Shown here in pieces: positions 1 through 12,334 of a DNA stretch of 64,000 nucleotides. Made by a program: the position numbers and the translations under genes. A model generated the notes under the pieces. That model saw only the letters and a list, made by a program, of their open reading frames with translations, ran no database searches and was not told the DNA's origin. Numbering within the stretch: position 1 is the first letter of the stretch; every line of letters starts with the position of its first letter. The DNA is from Glaucostegus cemiculus (taxonomy: Eukaryota), in NCBI GenBank assembly GCA_976551045.1, contig CDPCPM010000042.1, positions 868,001 to 932,000 of the forward strand. The letters are read 5' to 3'.

Positions 1-189
1 TATGTTAACACTGAACCTCCTCATCACAGGATCATTCCAAGTGTTACGTATCACAATATGCTGGTCACTTCAGCATCACAGGGGTGAATTTATTGACTTC
101 TTTCTTGTTGAAGAACAGAGCACCTATGAACATGCTGCTTTCCAGCTTTGTCCATAACTCAAAGAGACACTGCTGACATCGGAATACCT

Positions 190-823
190 CCCAGACATGA
201 TAGAGGTATACAAAATATTAAGAGGAATAGATAGAGTGGACAGTCATCGCCTCTTTCCCAGGCACCAATGCTCAGTACGAGAAGGCATGGGTTTAAGGTA
301 ATGGGTGGGAAGTTCAAGGGAGAAGTCAGAGGGAGGTTTTTCACCCAGAGAGTGTTTGGTGCATAGAATGCGCTGCCTGGGGTGGTGGTGGAGGCTGATA
401 TGTTGGTCAAGTTCAAGAGGTTGTTAGATAAAGTTGTTAGGTTGTTGGGCGGCACGATAGCATAGCGGTTAGCGCGACGCTGTTACAGCGCCAGTGATCG
501 GGGTTCGATTCCCGTCGCTGACCGTAAGGAGTTTGTACGTTCTCCCGTTTCTGCGTGGGTTTCCTCCGGGTGCTCCGGTTTCCTCCCACATTCTAAAGAT
601 GTATGGGTAGGTTAATTTGGGGGTTTAAAATGGGCGGCGCAGACTCTTTGGGCCGAAAGGGCCTGTTACCATGCTGTAAATAAAGTTTAAAAATAAGCAT
701 ATAGAGGAATTTGAGATAGAGGGATATGTGGGAGGGAGGGGTTAGATAGTCTTAGGTGTGGTTTGAAGGGCGGCACAACATGGTGGGCCGGAGGGCCTGT
801 ATTGTGCTGTATGGTTCTATGGT
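190..823 (+). mobile_element. CR1/HER1-type LINE 3' end, split by a SINE
   Basis: DMIEVYKILRGIDRVD..RLFP coding end, 'tttttcacccagagagtg', and 3' tail gggccggagggcctgtattgtgctgtatggttctatgg. Confidence 0.85.
447..692 (+). mobile_element. Young tRNA-derived SINE (HE1/V-SINE-like)
   Basis: A/B box-like head (tagcatagcgg ... ggttcgattcc), V-core gtgggtttcctccgggtgctccggtttcctccca, CR1-like tail. Near-identical copies at 24478, 53500 and 59364. Confidence 0.9.
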
Positions 824-3800
824 AATGCTGGCGTTCCCCGAGTGCAGACAGCCATTATGTCCTTGAGAGTATTATGTATTTATGTCCTTGAGAGTTCTAA
901 TCAATAACCATGAACTTTTTCTTCAATGGAAAATGGTTCACCATTCAGATGGTGTCAGATCATCAGCAGAACTATGGGGAATAAGAGAAGCAACTAAAGA
1001 CATGCAAGTTGAGGGAACACTTCCCTGATGAATACCCACGGCATTGTTCCTCAGCAGTGTTGAGGGAGGTGGCTGCTACTGCAAGTGCAAGAAGGCACTC
1101 CCTTATGGTGAGATAGTAACCGGACTGCATAGTTGATGGTTCCAGACTGGGTGCTGTCCATATAAAATGATGCCATCACCCAGATGTTTCTTCAAAAGTA
1201 AGCTAAGAAGGTGGACATAGTGACAGTGAATAAGCACATTACTCAAGTATTGTAATGGCTTGCTGTTGAATCTGTCATGTAGTGAGTGGCACCTTTTTAA
1301 AAGAGCGCTGCAAGTAGAGTACTGCAAGTAAAGCACTTTCCTTGCATCTGCACCACTGCAGGCATAACCCTTGGTTTGGATACTGATCCCTTTGGACAGC
1401 TGCTCAACATAGATGGCTTCTAGTAAGAAATGCTTATAATTAGAGCTGAAAGTAATGCACTTTACATCGTGTTAATTAGATTCACATTCAGTAAGTATGG
1501 AGATTCTTCAAGGGAGTTAACTTTTCAAGCCAATGAAGTCCAATGTGATTCACTAAGAAGAAATCCCTCACAATGCCCATTTGAGGCTCATATCAAACCT
1601 TTACAAGGGACATAACTGGGCACAACTGTTGATGGAAGCGCATTGTTTCCACATACCTGTCAGCAGAATGAGCTGATCAATGTGCTAGGCAGGGTCCCTT
1701 TACTGGAGTTCTCTCATCTGAGCTTGGATATTTAATTCCATTGCAAAATGGGAATCTCCAACAGGGAACATATTGCAGAAGGTTTTGCACATCAGCATGC
1801 AATATTTTACTGCCTCTGCCATGAACCCCTGACCAAGAGGTGAGCGATGATAACTCAGTTGAGTGCATTACAAGCACAGGAGGAAAGTTGTCAGGTAGGA
1901 AACACTTTACAATGGAGCTCAGATGCACTCCCTAACATTGTATGGCATGGATCCACAGACTTCACAATGACTTAGATGACCTTGAATTTTTTCTAAATAA
2001 CACTGCTTTTGTTGTCTTTTATGAAGGCTTCTAACATTTTCCCTTTGAGAAGTGTTAAACTAACTGGCATATAGTTTCCTGCTTTGTCTCCTTCCCTTTT
2101 TGAACAAGACACAGATTTTTGGTCCCTGCTGTTTTTACTCCTCTGGGATGTTTTCTTGTATAGCGAGTGCAGGATTCTGCTTCCTATGAAGAGGCTGGTG
2201 TGTGTAGCATGCATATTCTGCTCCTGCACATGAAAGACTGTCTCCATTTTTGTTCTTATGTGAGAGAGTCTCTGCTCAAGTCTGGCATCTCTCTGCTCAT
2301 GCAGAGAATGATCTGCTGACCTGCAGCATCTCTGTCCACGCAGAACAGTGAGTTGCTGATGTGCAGTGTTCCCTCCCTCCTGGAGAATGAAAAGCTATTC
2401 ATGGGTAGCATCCCTGTGTCTTCTGAGAGTATCAGTTTGCTCGCAAAAGTTGCTCCCCGGTGACATGTCACTGTTCTGCAGCTGCACCCGAGTGGCAGAG
2501 GTCAGCGAGTGAGCTGGATCAGGAGCACATGGATGCAATAAGAGTTTGAGTGGACTTTGCTTGTGTCCTTGCAGCATCTGTCACCTTTTTCAATAGCTGC
2601 TGTGTAAGTGATTGCAAAGAAGCGCCTGTGGCCTCCAGAGAAGAGAGACAGCAGCTGGGGAAAACATCTAAATGGATGCCTCCATATTCCTCATCTCCTG
2701 TATTCAGTCAGGAAAGCCTGACAGCATGTTCTGTATCTGTGTCAGCCTTACCATAAAAGCAAGCAAAGCATGGCCTTCAATTTACTCCTTTGGGGTTGTA
2801 TGAATGGTTGGAACTCTCTCCAGTGAGCCCCACAACAGATTTCCAAGGTCTACAACTAAACTGTAGCCCACTGGTGCTTGGCTGTGATGTGATTCCTCTT
2901 ACCTTGCAGTGCCAATCTCTGAACTGGTGCTTTAGAACTTTATGTATGTTCGTTGTCATAATTTTCATCTTCTCCCCCACTTCTGTGACTCCTTCCCTCC
3001 GGTATTCTGCTCCACTGTTCACTCTGATGTTTTCTCTGCTCCTTTCATTTTCTGCTTCCTTTCCTGGAATATCCCATCCAGCTCCTCCACCCTTCTGACT
3101 GTTCCCTCTTGCTTTGTCTATTCCACCTCTTAATACACTTGTTAAGTGGGTTACACGGTAGGTATGGCCCAGCAGCTATGACTTCATGTTGATAAAACAT
3201 TACGGGTGGTAATGAGGCTGTGTACTGCTGACCAAATCAAGGGAGGTGTAGTCATCAATATTAAATGTTGGTGCACATGCTATTAAATTGCTTGCTATTT
3301 TATTTACCCTGAAGAAACCACCAGAGAAAACAGATTTTCTGTAATCGTGTTCCATTGTTCTTCTAAACATTATAGTTAAATCTCTTTTGAGTCTTATAGC
3401 AAAGGAAAATAAGCAAAGTTTATACAATCTGTACTTAATACAAACACCATATTCAGCAAATGGCAAATTGTCTACTCACTTTCTAAATTTTGACAAAGTA
3501 TTGCCGTTATGAATGAGTTATAACAGATAATTAGTAGTAGGATGCTTTAACAAGATCCATCATTGCTTCATTAACATGTGCTCTGCAATGAGGCATAATC
3601 AAAATGATACCATTTTTATTCATCTTTTCAATTTTTGGCTAATCATTGCTTGACACACTTCTCTTTCAAGTGTATCTACATCTTCTCAGATCTCAACTCT
3701 GGAAATCCCGGTGGTACTCAACAGACAGCCTCTTGATTTCCTCACTGCGCAATGATGATACTGCTTTTCTTCTTTTTCAAATAAAGTAACCAGGGAATAA

Positions 3801-5371
3801 AAACCTACTGCTCCTGCATTTCGAATTTTTGCTCATTAATCAGGTTTGTAAAAATCAGAGTGATTTATTGGAAGAAGAAGATATTACAGTTTTCCATTCT
3901 CCATGCAGTTTTCTGCATTTTAATCAAGGGTTTTTGCTTAATACTTTCCCGTACATACACATTATGCCCTCCTCACTCAAAAGGAATGGGGAGCCAACAG
4001 TCATCACTATGAAAATTGTAAATGCCACTGCTTAGTTGATCAATGACTCCTGTCACTTTTCTACTAAAAATTAAAAATGTAATTTTTAACTACATCCTAT
4101 TAGAAAACTGCAAATTCTTCTAGGGTCATTAGGGTTTATAGCTGTACAAAATGGACATTATTAATCGTAAAGAAATTTCCCCTTAAGGAATATTAGTAGC
4201 ATTCAAATATTCTTTTATGCAACATGTCCAGTTTTGCTGTGAGTCATTTCAGACATCTTGTAATTTGCTGAAAGTGGGAAGATAAATTTGAGAGTCACTT
4301 GGTTAAATAGGCAGTCGTTTACTGGTTATGGTACACTGTGGTCAATTTCTTAGTAAATTTTAAAGAAATTACTTTTAAAAGTTTTGAAAGCGAATTTGTG
4401 AATAAAAATCACTCATGATTTTTAGATTTTACAGAAACAAAGATAAAGACTGGGTCATATGAAAGGTACAAGCTCAGATATGAATTGCAGTTTCTGGATT
4501 TCCGTGGTTAATTGTACAAACCCCTGAGGTTGCTGTCAGATTTCCTCCACTCCATTAGTGAGTACCAGTAGTCTCACCAATACACTCAGCACAAATTCCG
4601 GGCTAATAAAACACCAGATTACAATCATAGGTGTAGTCTACAGAACATTTAGTTGAAAGGTGGTGGAGAAAGAAACAACAGAAAACTCAGAGAAATAAAT
4701 AATAAGTACTAGTAATAACTGAAGAAGATTTTATTTACTCTGAAATTGAATAGGCAGGGTAGAGGTAACAGTGACTTCCAAACTCTGTGCAAAATTCTCT
4801 GTGTAACTGATAGAAATAGAACACAGAACTAGTGCCTTCTGCCTACACAAGTCCATATCCCTTCACTCTCTGCATAAGAAAGGAGATGAAGATATACCCA
4901 GCATTCTGTGATAATTCAGCCATAAATTTGCATGGAACTGATGATTCCCTTAAAAATTACAAATATGGGTCCTTCCTGCTGTTGAATGTTGGATCCTCCA
5001 TGTGTACCCAATACGTAGCTGCATCTTCAAAGAGTAATTCAGCAATGCTGGCATCAATTCCGCACTGCGCAATGACAGATGTTACAAGCTGCCACTTCTG
5101 TGCACTCTGGTGTGTGAGAGTATTGTGCTACATGACAAATGGTTGAAATGTGCACATGTGCATTAGGTATCAAGCTGAAATCATTTTAATACTCACACTC
5201 AGGTGCTATACAGCAAAAAATTGCAGCTTCTGCTCCTAATCCAATATGCAGGAAGTTTAGTAAGGTAGGAATTGCCATTAGATTTAATAATGGGTATGAA
5301 TGACAGCAGAGAAAGAGTATCAAGGCAATAATAAGTTTAAACTAGTCAACTGGAGAAAGTCTGTGAGTGAT

Positions 5372-5465
5372 GTAGTCCTGATGCAGGTTCTTGACTTGAA
5401 ACCTCAACTATCCTTTTGCCTCCACAGGTGCTGCCCGACCATCTTAGTTCCTTCAGCAGTTTATT
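5372..5465 (+). mobile_element. Penelope-like terminal-repeat relic with decayed hammerhead motif
   Basis: agtcctgatgcaggttcttgacttgaaacc followed by ctccacaggtgctgcccgacc. Same family of sequence as the 3' end of the GIY-YIG element at 51664-51790. Confidence 0.6.
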
Positions 5466-5529
5466 TCTCGCTTACAATGTGAAGGAATGGCTTTGCAATC
5501 TTCAATATTGACTCCTGATTGCATGAAGT

Positions 5530-6060
5530 TCTTACTGTGACAAAGTCCCAGAATCACACTGTGAGACACTCCATTATGTTTTGTTGCACCACAAAACTGC
5601 TAAATGGGATAGACCAGGACAGATCTGGCAGCTGAAAACAGCATCCACAAGGTATTGTGGACCAGTAACGATAGCAGAACTGTACACTGCCATAATCTGT
5701 AACCCTGTGGCTTGACATATCCTTCTATCTACCATACTATTAAGCCAGGACTGACCCTGGTTCAACAAGTATTGTTGAAGGACAAGATGGGAGCAGCATC
5801 AGGCATATGTAAAAATGATAAATGCCAGCTGAACTCTCAGACTAACTATGTGCTGAACAGTAAAAACAGCATTTAAGAGTAAGCCCAGCAATCTCACAGC
5901 CAATCGATCAGATCCTACCCTGTCCAGTTTTAATGGTAGTGGTCAATTAACCAGTCAAAAGGAGGAGGTTTCAAGATCATCAACATCCTGAAAGATGTTG
6001 TGCTAAAATAAATGCTGAAGCATTCACATTGCTGTTCCTCTAGGATTGCTGAATAGATGA
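5530..6060 (+). mobile_element. Old non-LTR retrotransposon fragment (likely the CR1/L2-group family also at 35790 and 62060)
   Basis: Decayed post-endonuclease segment (gctaaatgggataga..., accctggttcaac..., ggaggaggtttc...aacatc..ctgaaagatg). Confidence 0.5.
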
Positions 6061-6061
6061 T

Positions 6062-6172
6062 CCAGACTGCTGATGCTGGAATCCAGTGCTGGAGGAACTC
6101 AGCGGATCAGGCAGCATCTATGGAGGGAAATGGACAGATGATGTTTTGGGTTGAAACCCTTCATCTAGACTG
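6062..6172 (-). mobile_element. Penelope-like terminal-repeat relic with hammerhead-like motif
   Basis: Reverse strand reads cagtctagatgaagggtttcaacccaaaacatc...gatgctgcctgatccgctgagttcctccagca. Confidence 0.65.
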
Positions 6173-6284
6173 GCCATAGTACTCTCAGCCAGAGTAGAAG
6201 GTGAAGCTAATCAGCACTCACTAAGGATAAAGACCAAGTAGATGGCAGCTTCCATTGACTGCCAATGTTCATTTAAATGCAATC

Positions 6285-6600
6285 AAAGTCAGAGTTTATT
6301 GTCATATGCACAAGTACATGAATGCACAGGTGCAATGAAAAACTTACTTGCCACAGCATCATAGTATATGAGCAGCATTCACACAGAAAACCTAAATTAA
6401 ACTATTTTTTACCAGAAGAAACACAATTAGTACAAAACAAATTGCATTTTAGTGCAAAGTGATCAAAGTGGTCATAGTGTTGCTAAGCTCTAGTAATTAT
6501 GTTTGTGCTGGTGTGTTCAAGAACCAAATGGTTGAAGGAAACTAGCTATTCTTAAACCTGGTGGTATGGGACTTCAGGCTCCTGTACCTCCTGCCCGATC
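6285..6600 (-). mobile_element. Rex1/Babar-type LINE 3' end
   Basis: gggacttcaggctcctgtacctcctgccc and gttcaagaacc..atggttgaagg match the C-terminal and 3' UTR region of the copies at 42835 and 63210. Confidence 0.7.
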
Positions 6601-6606
6601 AGGAAC

Positions 6607-6712
6607 TGACTGCAAAATAAAAACAGAAAACGTTGAAAATAGACAGCAGATCAGACAGCATGTGTGGAGAGAGAAACAGAGTTATTGTTTCAGGTTGATG
6701 ACCTTTCATCAG
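6607..6712 (-). mobile_element. Penelope-like terminal-repeat relic with hammerhead core
   Basis: Reverse strand reads actgatgaaaggtcatcaacctgaaacaataactc, i.e. CUGAUGA-A-stem(aggt/acct)-GAAAC. Confidence 0.65.
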
Positions 6713-7347
6713 TTGCTATGGGATTTATCTCCTCCAGAAGATGTGCTCACAAGAGAGGCTTGACTCTGAAACACATAGAACAGCATACTAACACATTAGG
6801 TATCCATGGAGCATGCAAAGGAAGGTTGGGACTTCTAAGTTCCAGTTTAAGTAAATTTCCAACATTCTTATTGCTGTCAGACATCATCTCTGAAAATAAT
6901 ATGTAGCAATTGTGGCATTTCATTCCTTCAGCTTTTAATTATTTCAAGTTTTAGTTATTTAATTTAACCTTTTGTTTTGAAAGAAAAGCCAAAATCCCTA
7001 GTGCATTCAAAAAGGTGCACTAGATGAGCACAGCAGTGATGTGCTAGCAATCATTTTGGTTTTTAGTGTCCTGCTTCAAAGCAAAGTTGTGCCAGTGCGA
7101 CTCCCAGTACTCTATTCTGTGGCTGGGTTCTGGCGATCAGGTTAGCTGGTATCCACAGGCTCAATCAGGCCACTGCTGTGGCCAGGCAGGATAGAATTGA
7201 GCCACTGGAGTCCTGTGATGGATATTCAGGAGAGTGGACAGTAAAGCCCAGTTATAGATGGTCAGATGGGGTTGCAGGAGATCATTAAAATCAGGACCTG
7301 GATCATGGGATCCTGGGAACAGAGGTGGGCTGGGGAGTTGGAGATGA

Positions 7348-8006
7348 TGAGCTTCAGGAGACTGAGGGATCATGGGTTAGCCTGAAGGATGCAGGGTAAG
7401 CAAGGGATTCACTTGCTGAAGGTCACTGTTTTTCTTAAATTTCTTTTTGTATAAGACATGGCATTGAATTGACCCCTAATAGGTTAGGCACTCGGTAACA
7501 TTATTCAGTCTAATTGGTTAAGAAGAGACATTGTTTGTCTTTTTTAACCAATTTCTTAGAAGGGGAAGAGGAAGGTCAAAGCGGCCTTCTAATCACAGAA
7601 CTAGCATTGCAGAAGCCCATACAGGGTGTTTGGGTGAATAGACGTGTGATGAACAACGGGTGTCATTTCACTGCTGACGGCAGAAGCTGGTCTATGTCAT
7701 GGGTATTGATGGGGGTGGAGGGGTTATGGAGAGAACATAAATCAGAGGGGATATTTATATAAGAAAATTTGCTACTTTAGCATGATTACGAAACTAAGGT
7801 ACAAAGCAACAGCTGGCCTTGGGGTCAACTATACTTTTGAAAATGAACCAATGTTCTTGTGAAAATTTGTGAGAAGCCTTAAAGGTAGCAGTGGCAATTA
7901 CACAAGCTCTGCCCCTAGAATAAGCTTTACTCATTAGACTGGAAATAAGAAATTGCTTTTCATGATTTATGATTGATGATTCAGTTACTCAATTCCAGCA
8001 AGTTCT
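7348..8006 (+). repeat. Left arm of a ~650-bp inverted duplication
   Basis: Reverse complement of 9066-9690. I counted 12 mismatches in the 160 nt 7601-7760. ORFs 7514..7762(+) and 9303..9524(-) give near-identical peptides. Confidence 0.95.
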
Positions 8007-8589
8007 TCATTGGCTGTAAATTGCTTTGGAATGTCCTGAACCCATCTGGTTAAACTAATGCCTTTCTGGGAAGAAGATCTACTTACCTAACCCATTTGTA
8101 ACTCCAGACCCGTATCATTGTGCTTTACTCTTAACAGCCCTGTGAAATGGCCTGGAAAACCATAAATCATATTGAAGTTTCTGTGTTGAAGTAATCCCTT
8201 TCAAGGGGAGGACCTTCAACAGAAGACTGCAGTGGTTCAAAGAGTGGCACACTACCACCTTCTCAAAGGCAATTGGGTTTTTATCAGTAATGTCCATACC
8301 TCATAAATTTATAAAAGCTAAAGGTTGTAAGCAGCAGCATATAAATGCAAATCTTTCTTTCTGTTCCTTTCTGAAATCTGGACCAGTAGTAACTCTTATT
8401 TTTGTAGTGTCTTTATCTGGTACCAGACTTCTTAAAGTAAACCTATTGAACTACTTGCATGTTCCTGCTGATGCTTTCTTTGAATTTATAGTAGATTGGC
8501 AAATTAGAATTAAACAATTCTTTTGCATTGGTCTTCTCTGTGGGGGACACTGCAAATATCTCAGTGATTATAGGTGAGCTAGTTTCTAA

Positions 8590-8835
8590 TAGCATGGATG
8601 GGCTTGTAAAAATCCCATTCACATGGGAAAAAGTGTTGGAAAATGTTAAGGGATAAGTTGCCAGGACCTAATAGCCTGCACATGAGGGTTTCAAAGGAAG
8701 TGGCTGTACTAATAGTGGACCCATTGGTTAATATTTTCAAAACTCACTGAATTCCGGGATGGTGCCTGTTGATTTTAAAAATGTAATTATGACTTGCTTG
8801 TTGAAGAAGGGAGGAAGACAAAAGGCAGGAATCTC
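8590..8835 (+). mobile_element. CR1 ORF2 fragment (pre-RT region)
   Basis: Decayed PGP..LH.RV..EVA..IVDPL..IFQNSLNSG.VP.D....KKGGRQKAG motif. Confidence 0.7.
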
Positions 8836-8837
8836 TC

Positions 8838-10595
8838 GGCATTCAATGCCATAATTCCAAACAAACTCCTCTTCAAACTCCTATACCTAGAATTTGTACC
8901 CCTCACTGTAGCTGGATCCTTGACTTCCTGACCAACAGATCACAATCAGTAAGGATAGGCAGCAACACCTCCACAGTTATCCTGAACACCAGGTTGCAAG
9001 GCTGCATCCTCAGCCCCTTACTGTACTCCCTATGCACTCAGGACTGTGTGGCTAAATTCTACTCTAGAACTTGCTGGAATTGAGTAACTGAATCATAAAC
9101 CATGAAAAGCAATTCCTTATTTCCATTCTAATGAGTAAAGCTTATTCTAGGGGCAGAGCTTGTGTAATTGCCACTGCTACCTTTAAGACTTCTCATAAAT
9201 TTTCTCAAGAACACTGGTTCCTTTTCAAAAGTATAGTTGACCTCAAGGCTAGCTGTTGCTTTGTACCTTATTTTCTTAATCATGCTAAAGTAGCAAATTT
9301 TCTTATATAAATATCCCCTCTGATTTATGTTCTCTCCATAACCCCTCCACCCCCACCAATACCCGTGACATGGACCAGCTCCTGCCATCAGCAGTGAAAT
9401 GACACCAGTTGTTCATTACACATCTATTCACCCAAACACCCTGTATGGACTTCTGCAATACCATCTCTGTGATTAGAAGTATGTTTTGACCTTCCCCTTC
9501 TAAGAAATTGGTTGAAAAAGACAAGCTAATTAGACTGAATAATATTACTGAATGCCTAAACTATTAAGGGTCAATGCAATGCCAAATCTTATATAAAAAG
9601 AAATAAAAAAATAGGGACCTTCAGCAAGTGAATCCCTTTCTTACCCTGCATCCTTCAGGCTAACCCATGATCCCTCAATCTCCTGAAGCTCCTTCATTTT
9701 GATGATATTGAGGGAAAGCTTATTGTCTTGTCTCCATGCCATTAGGCTCTCTATCTCCTTCCTGTATCTCGTCGTTGTTTGAAATCCAGCCCACTGCAGT
9801 GGTATCATCTACAAATTTGTAAATGGAGTTAGAGTAGAATTGGGGTGGAGGGGTGGAGCCCATGCTCCTGTCGGTATATATGGTGCAGAGGTGGAAATGA
9901 TTGAGAGCTTCGTTCCTAGGTGTAAACATCACCAACAGTCTGTCCTGGTCCAGCCACGTGGACACTATAGCCAAGAAAGCACATCAACACCTCTGCTTCC
10001 TCAGAAGGGTAAGGAAATTCGGCATGTCTCCAATGACTCTTACCAATTTATATAGATGCGCCATGTAAATCATCAGGATGTATCACAGCTTGGTATGGAA
10101 ACTGCTGTGCCCAAGATCACAAGAAATTGCAGAGAGTTGAGAACGCGGCCTAGTCCAAAATGCAAACCACCCTCCCCTCCATTGACTCTGTCTACAATTT
10201 CCACTGCCTCTGGAAAGCAGTGAACATAAGGACCTCTCTCATCCTGGTCATTCTCTCTTCTCCCCTCTCCCATCAGGTAGAAGATACAAAAGTCTGAGAG
10301 CACAAACTACCAGGCTCAAGGACAGCTTCTTTTCCACTGTTATCAGACTCTTGGAGGGATCTCTTATATGTGAAAAGATGAACTCTTGAACTCATGATCT
10401 CCCAGTCTATCGCATTGTAGACCTTGCACTTTATTTGTCTACCTGCACTGCACTTTCTCTGTAACTGCAACACTATATTCTGCATTCTGTTTTCTTTTTA
10501 CTACCTTGATGTAATTATGGCATGATCTGTCTGGATGGCATGCAAAACAAAAGCTTCTCCCTGTACCTCGGTACATGTGACAATAATAAGGCAAT
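8838..10595 (+). mobile_element. Rex1/Babar-type LINE (RT to 3' UTR) with an internal inversion and an inserted 625-bp segment
   Basis: 8838-9066 reads [35 protein letters not shown] on +. 9691-9841 reads YSNSIYKFVDDTT on -. 9842-10595 resumes on + through the C-terminus and 3' UTR. Confidence 0.85.
9066..9690 (-). repeat. Right (inverted) arm of the duplication of 7348-8006
   Basis: Begins agaacttgctggaattgagtaactgaatc (rc of ~7978-8006) and ends ccctcaatctcctgaagct (rc of ~7350-7368). Confidence 0.95.
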
Positions 10596-10599
10596 GCCA

Positions 10600-11555
10600 G
10601 TCCGTATATACTCATGACTGCATGGCCAGATTCTGCTGTAATTGCATCTACAATTTTGCAGATGATACCACTGTAGTAGACCATATTTCAAAAAATGAGT
10701 CAGAGTACAGGAAGGAGATAGAGACCTTAGTGACATGGTGTCATGACAACAACCTTTCGCTCAATGTCAGCAAAACAAAAGAGCTGGTTTTTGACTTCAG
10801 GAAAGGGGGCAGTGTACATGCACCTGTTTACATCAATGGTGCTGAGGTCAAGAGGGTTGAGAGCTTCAAGTTCCTAGGAGTGAACATCACCAGTAGCCTG
10901 CCATGGTCCAACTACGTGGACGCCACGGCCAAGGAAGCTCACCAGCGCCTCTACTTCCTCAGGAGGCTGAAGAAATTTGGTACATCCCCTTTGAAACTCA
11001 CCAACTTTTATCGATGCACCATAGAAAGCATCCTATCTGGATGCATCACGGCTTGCTCTGCCTGGGACTGCAGGAAACTGCGGAGAGTTGTGAACACAGC
11101 CCAGCACATCATGGAAACCAGCCTCCCCTCTATGGACTCTGTCTATACCTATTGCTGCCTTGGTAAAGCAGGCAGCATAATCAAAGACCCTATCTACCTG
11201 AGTCATTTTCTCTTCTCCTCTCTCCCATCATGCAGAAGATACAGGAGCCTGAGGGCACGTACCACCAGGCTCAAGAACAGCTTCTATCCCGCTGTGTTAA
11301 GACTATTAAAAGGTTCCCTTATACGATGAGATGGACTCTTGACTTCACAATCTACCTTGTTATGACCTCCCACCTTTTGACTACCTGCAATACACTTCCC
11401 TGTAGCTGTGGCACTTTACTTTGTACTCTGTTAATGTTTTTAACCTGTACTACCTCGATGCACTGTGTAATGAATTGATCTGTATGAACAGTATGCAAGA
11501 CAAGTTTTTCACTGTACCCTGGTACAAGTGACAATACTAAACCAATACCAATACC
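10600..11555 (+). mobile_element. Rex1/Babar-type LINE, 5'-truncated; RT C-terminal half still open (ORF 10535-11329)
   Basis: YTHDC..., FADDTTVV catalytic motif, LSLNVSKTKEL, FKFLGVNI, AHQRLYFLRRL (DUF1891-like), RLKNSFYP; 3' UTR ends in accaat repeats. Lies head-to-tail with the preceding copy, whose 3' UTR supplies the ORF's first codons. Confidence 0.9.
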
Positions 11556-11559
11556 TCTG

Positions 11560-11835
11560 AAGAGAGACTCAAGCCGAGGTATGTAAAAACTTTCTTCTTG
11601 CATATGGTAGTGAATGTCTGGAATTCTCTAACCCTTTTGGTTTTGGCTAGATTATTTGAACTAAAGTAGAGATAAATTTTTGAAAGATCGGGAGATTAAA
11701 GGTGGTTGGGATCTGGGACAGAGAAGGAATTAAGCCTAGGGCAGATCAGTTATGATAATATTGAATGGTGGGGCAAGTTTAAGGGCCCTTTTGGCCTACT
11801 TCTGCTGCTTTTTTTTTTGTAGTCATGTATGTTCT
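11560..11835 (+). mobile_element. Old CR1 3' end
   Basis: gtagtgaatgtctggaattctcta..., gcagatcagttatgat..attgaatggtgggg..., ggcctacttctgct. Confidence 0.65.
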
Positions 11836-12334
11836 ATAGTAGTTACTGTAGTAGCCTTTGCAAAAGTAGCTTGTACTTATTAGTCCTGTGAGTTTTATCC
11901 CACTGTTTGTGGATGATTCTTCACCTCATGGTTAGATACTACTGGTTGAAGAGAGTTAATATACTGCCTTTGCATACAGGTTATGTTGAACTATAATGAG
12001 GATGTCCAGCTGAGGAAACACATGCATGTAAATGAAATGATGCATGAAATTGCTGCTTGTGCTTTTATATTAAAATCTCAGAACCGGTAACTTGTCTTTT
12101 TTATATTTTCTCAAATTGGCCACAATTTTCAGTCTTGAGAGCAGACAGGCAACATGCACCGAGGCTTTAGTAACTGCATCTAGAAGATGGTCTGAAAAGA
12201 GAATGCAAGAAAACATTTCTCATTCATGGATAAGAAATCTCTACTTGCAAGCATCTGTTGACAGCTTTACCAAGATAGGATCTCACTTTTTTTGACAACT
12301 TAAAATTGCAGTTAGAAATTATATCTGTTGAGGA

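Larger units (their letters stand above)
1..1370 (+). pseudogene. Decayed PIF/Harbinger DDE transposase (HARBI1-like), interrupted by a CR1 3' end and a SINE
   Basis: Colinear motifs read by hand: 8-40 TLNLLITGSFQ (cf. ALNFYATGSFQ), 827-856 AGVPRVQTAI (cf. AGFPRVQGAID), 919-969 FFNGKWFTIQMVSDHQQ (cf. FINRKGFHSLNVQLVCDH). A weak GALQY..LHN-like remnant lies at ~1303-1369. Frameshifted. Confidence 0.65.

Noticed and set aside
447-520. tRNA gene
   Set aside because: The tRNA-like head continues into a V-SINE core and LINE-derived tail and recurs as dispersed copies, so it is a SINE.
3743-5074. Repeated cactgcgcaatga at ~3743 and ~5062
   Set aside because: Only 13 bp with no extended homology, which is compatible with chance.
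7514-9524. Near-identical peptides from ORFs 7514..7762 and 9303..9524 read as a duplicated gene
   Set aside because: The similarity follows from the DNA inverted duplication. Start positions differ, indels are present and no domain is recognisable.
10535-11329. Functional reverse transcriptase gene
   Set aside because: 5'-truncated: the ATG comes from the upstream copy's 3' UTR, and the N-terminal RT motifs and endonuclease are missing.
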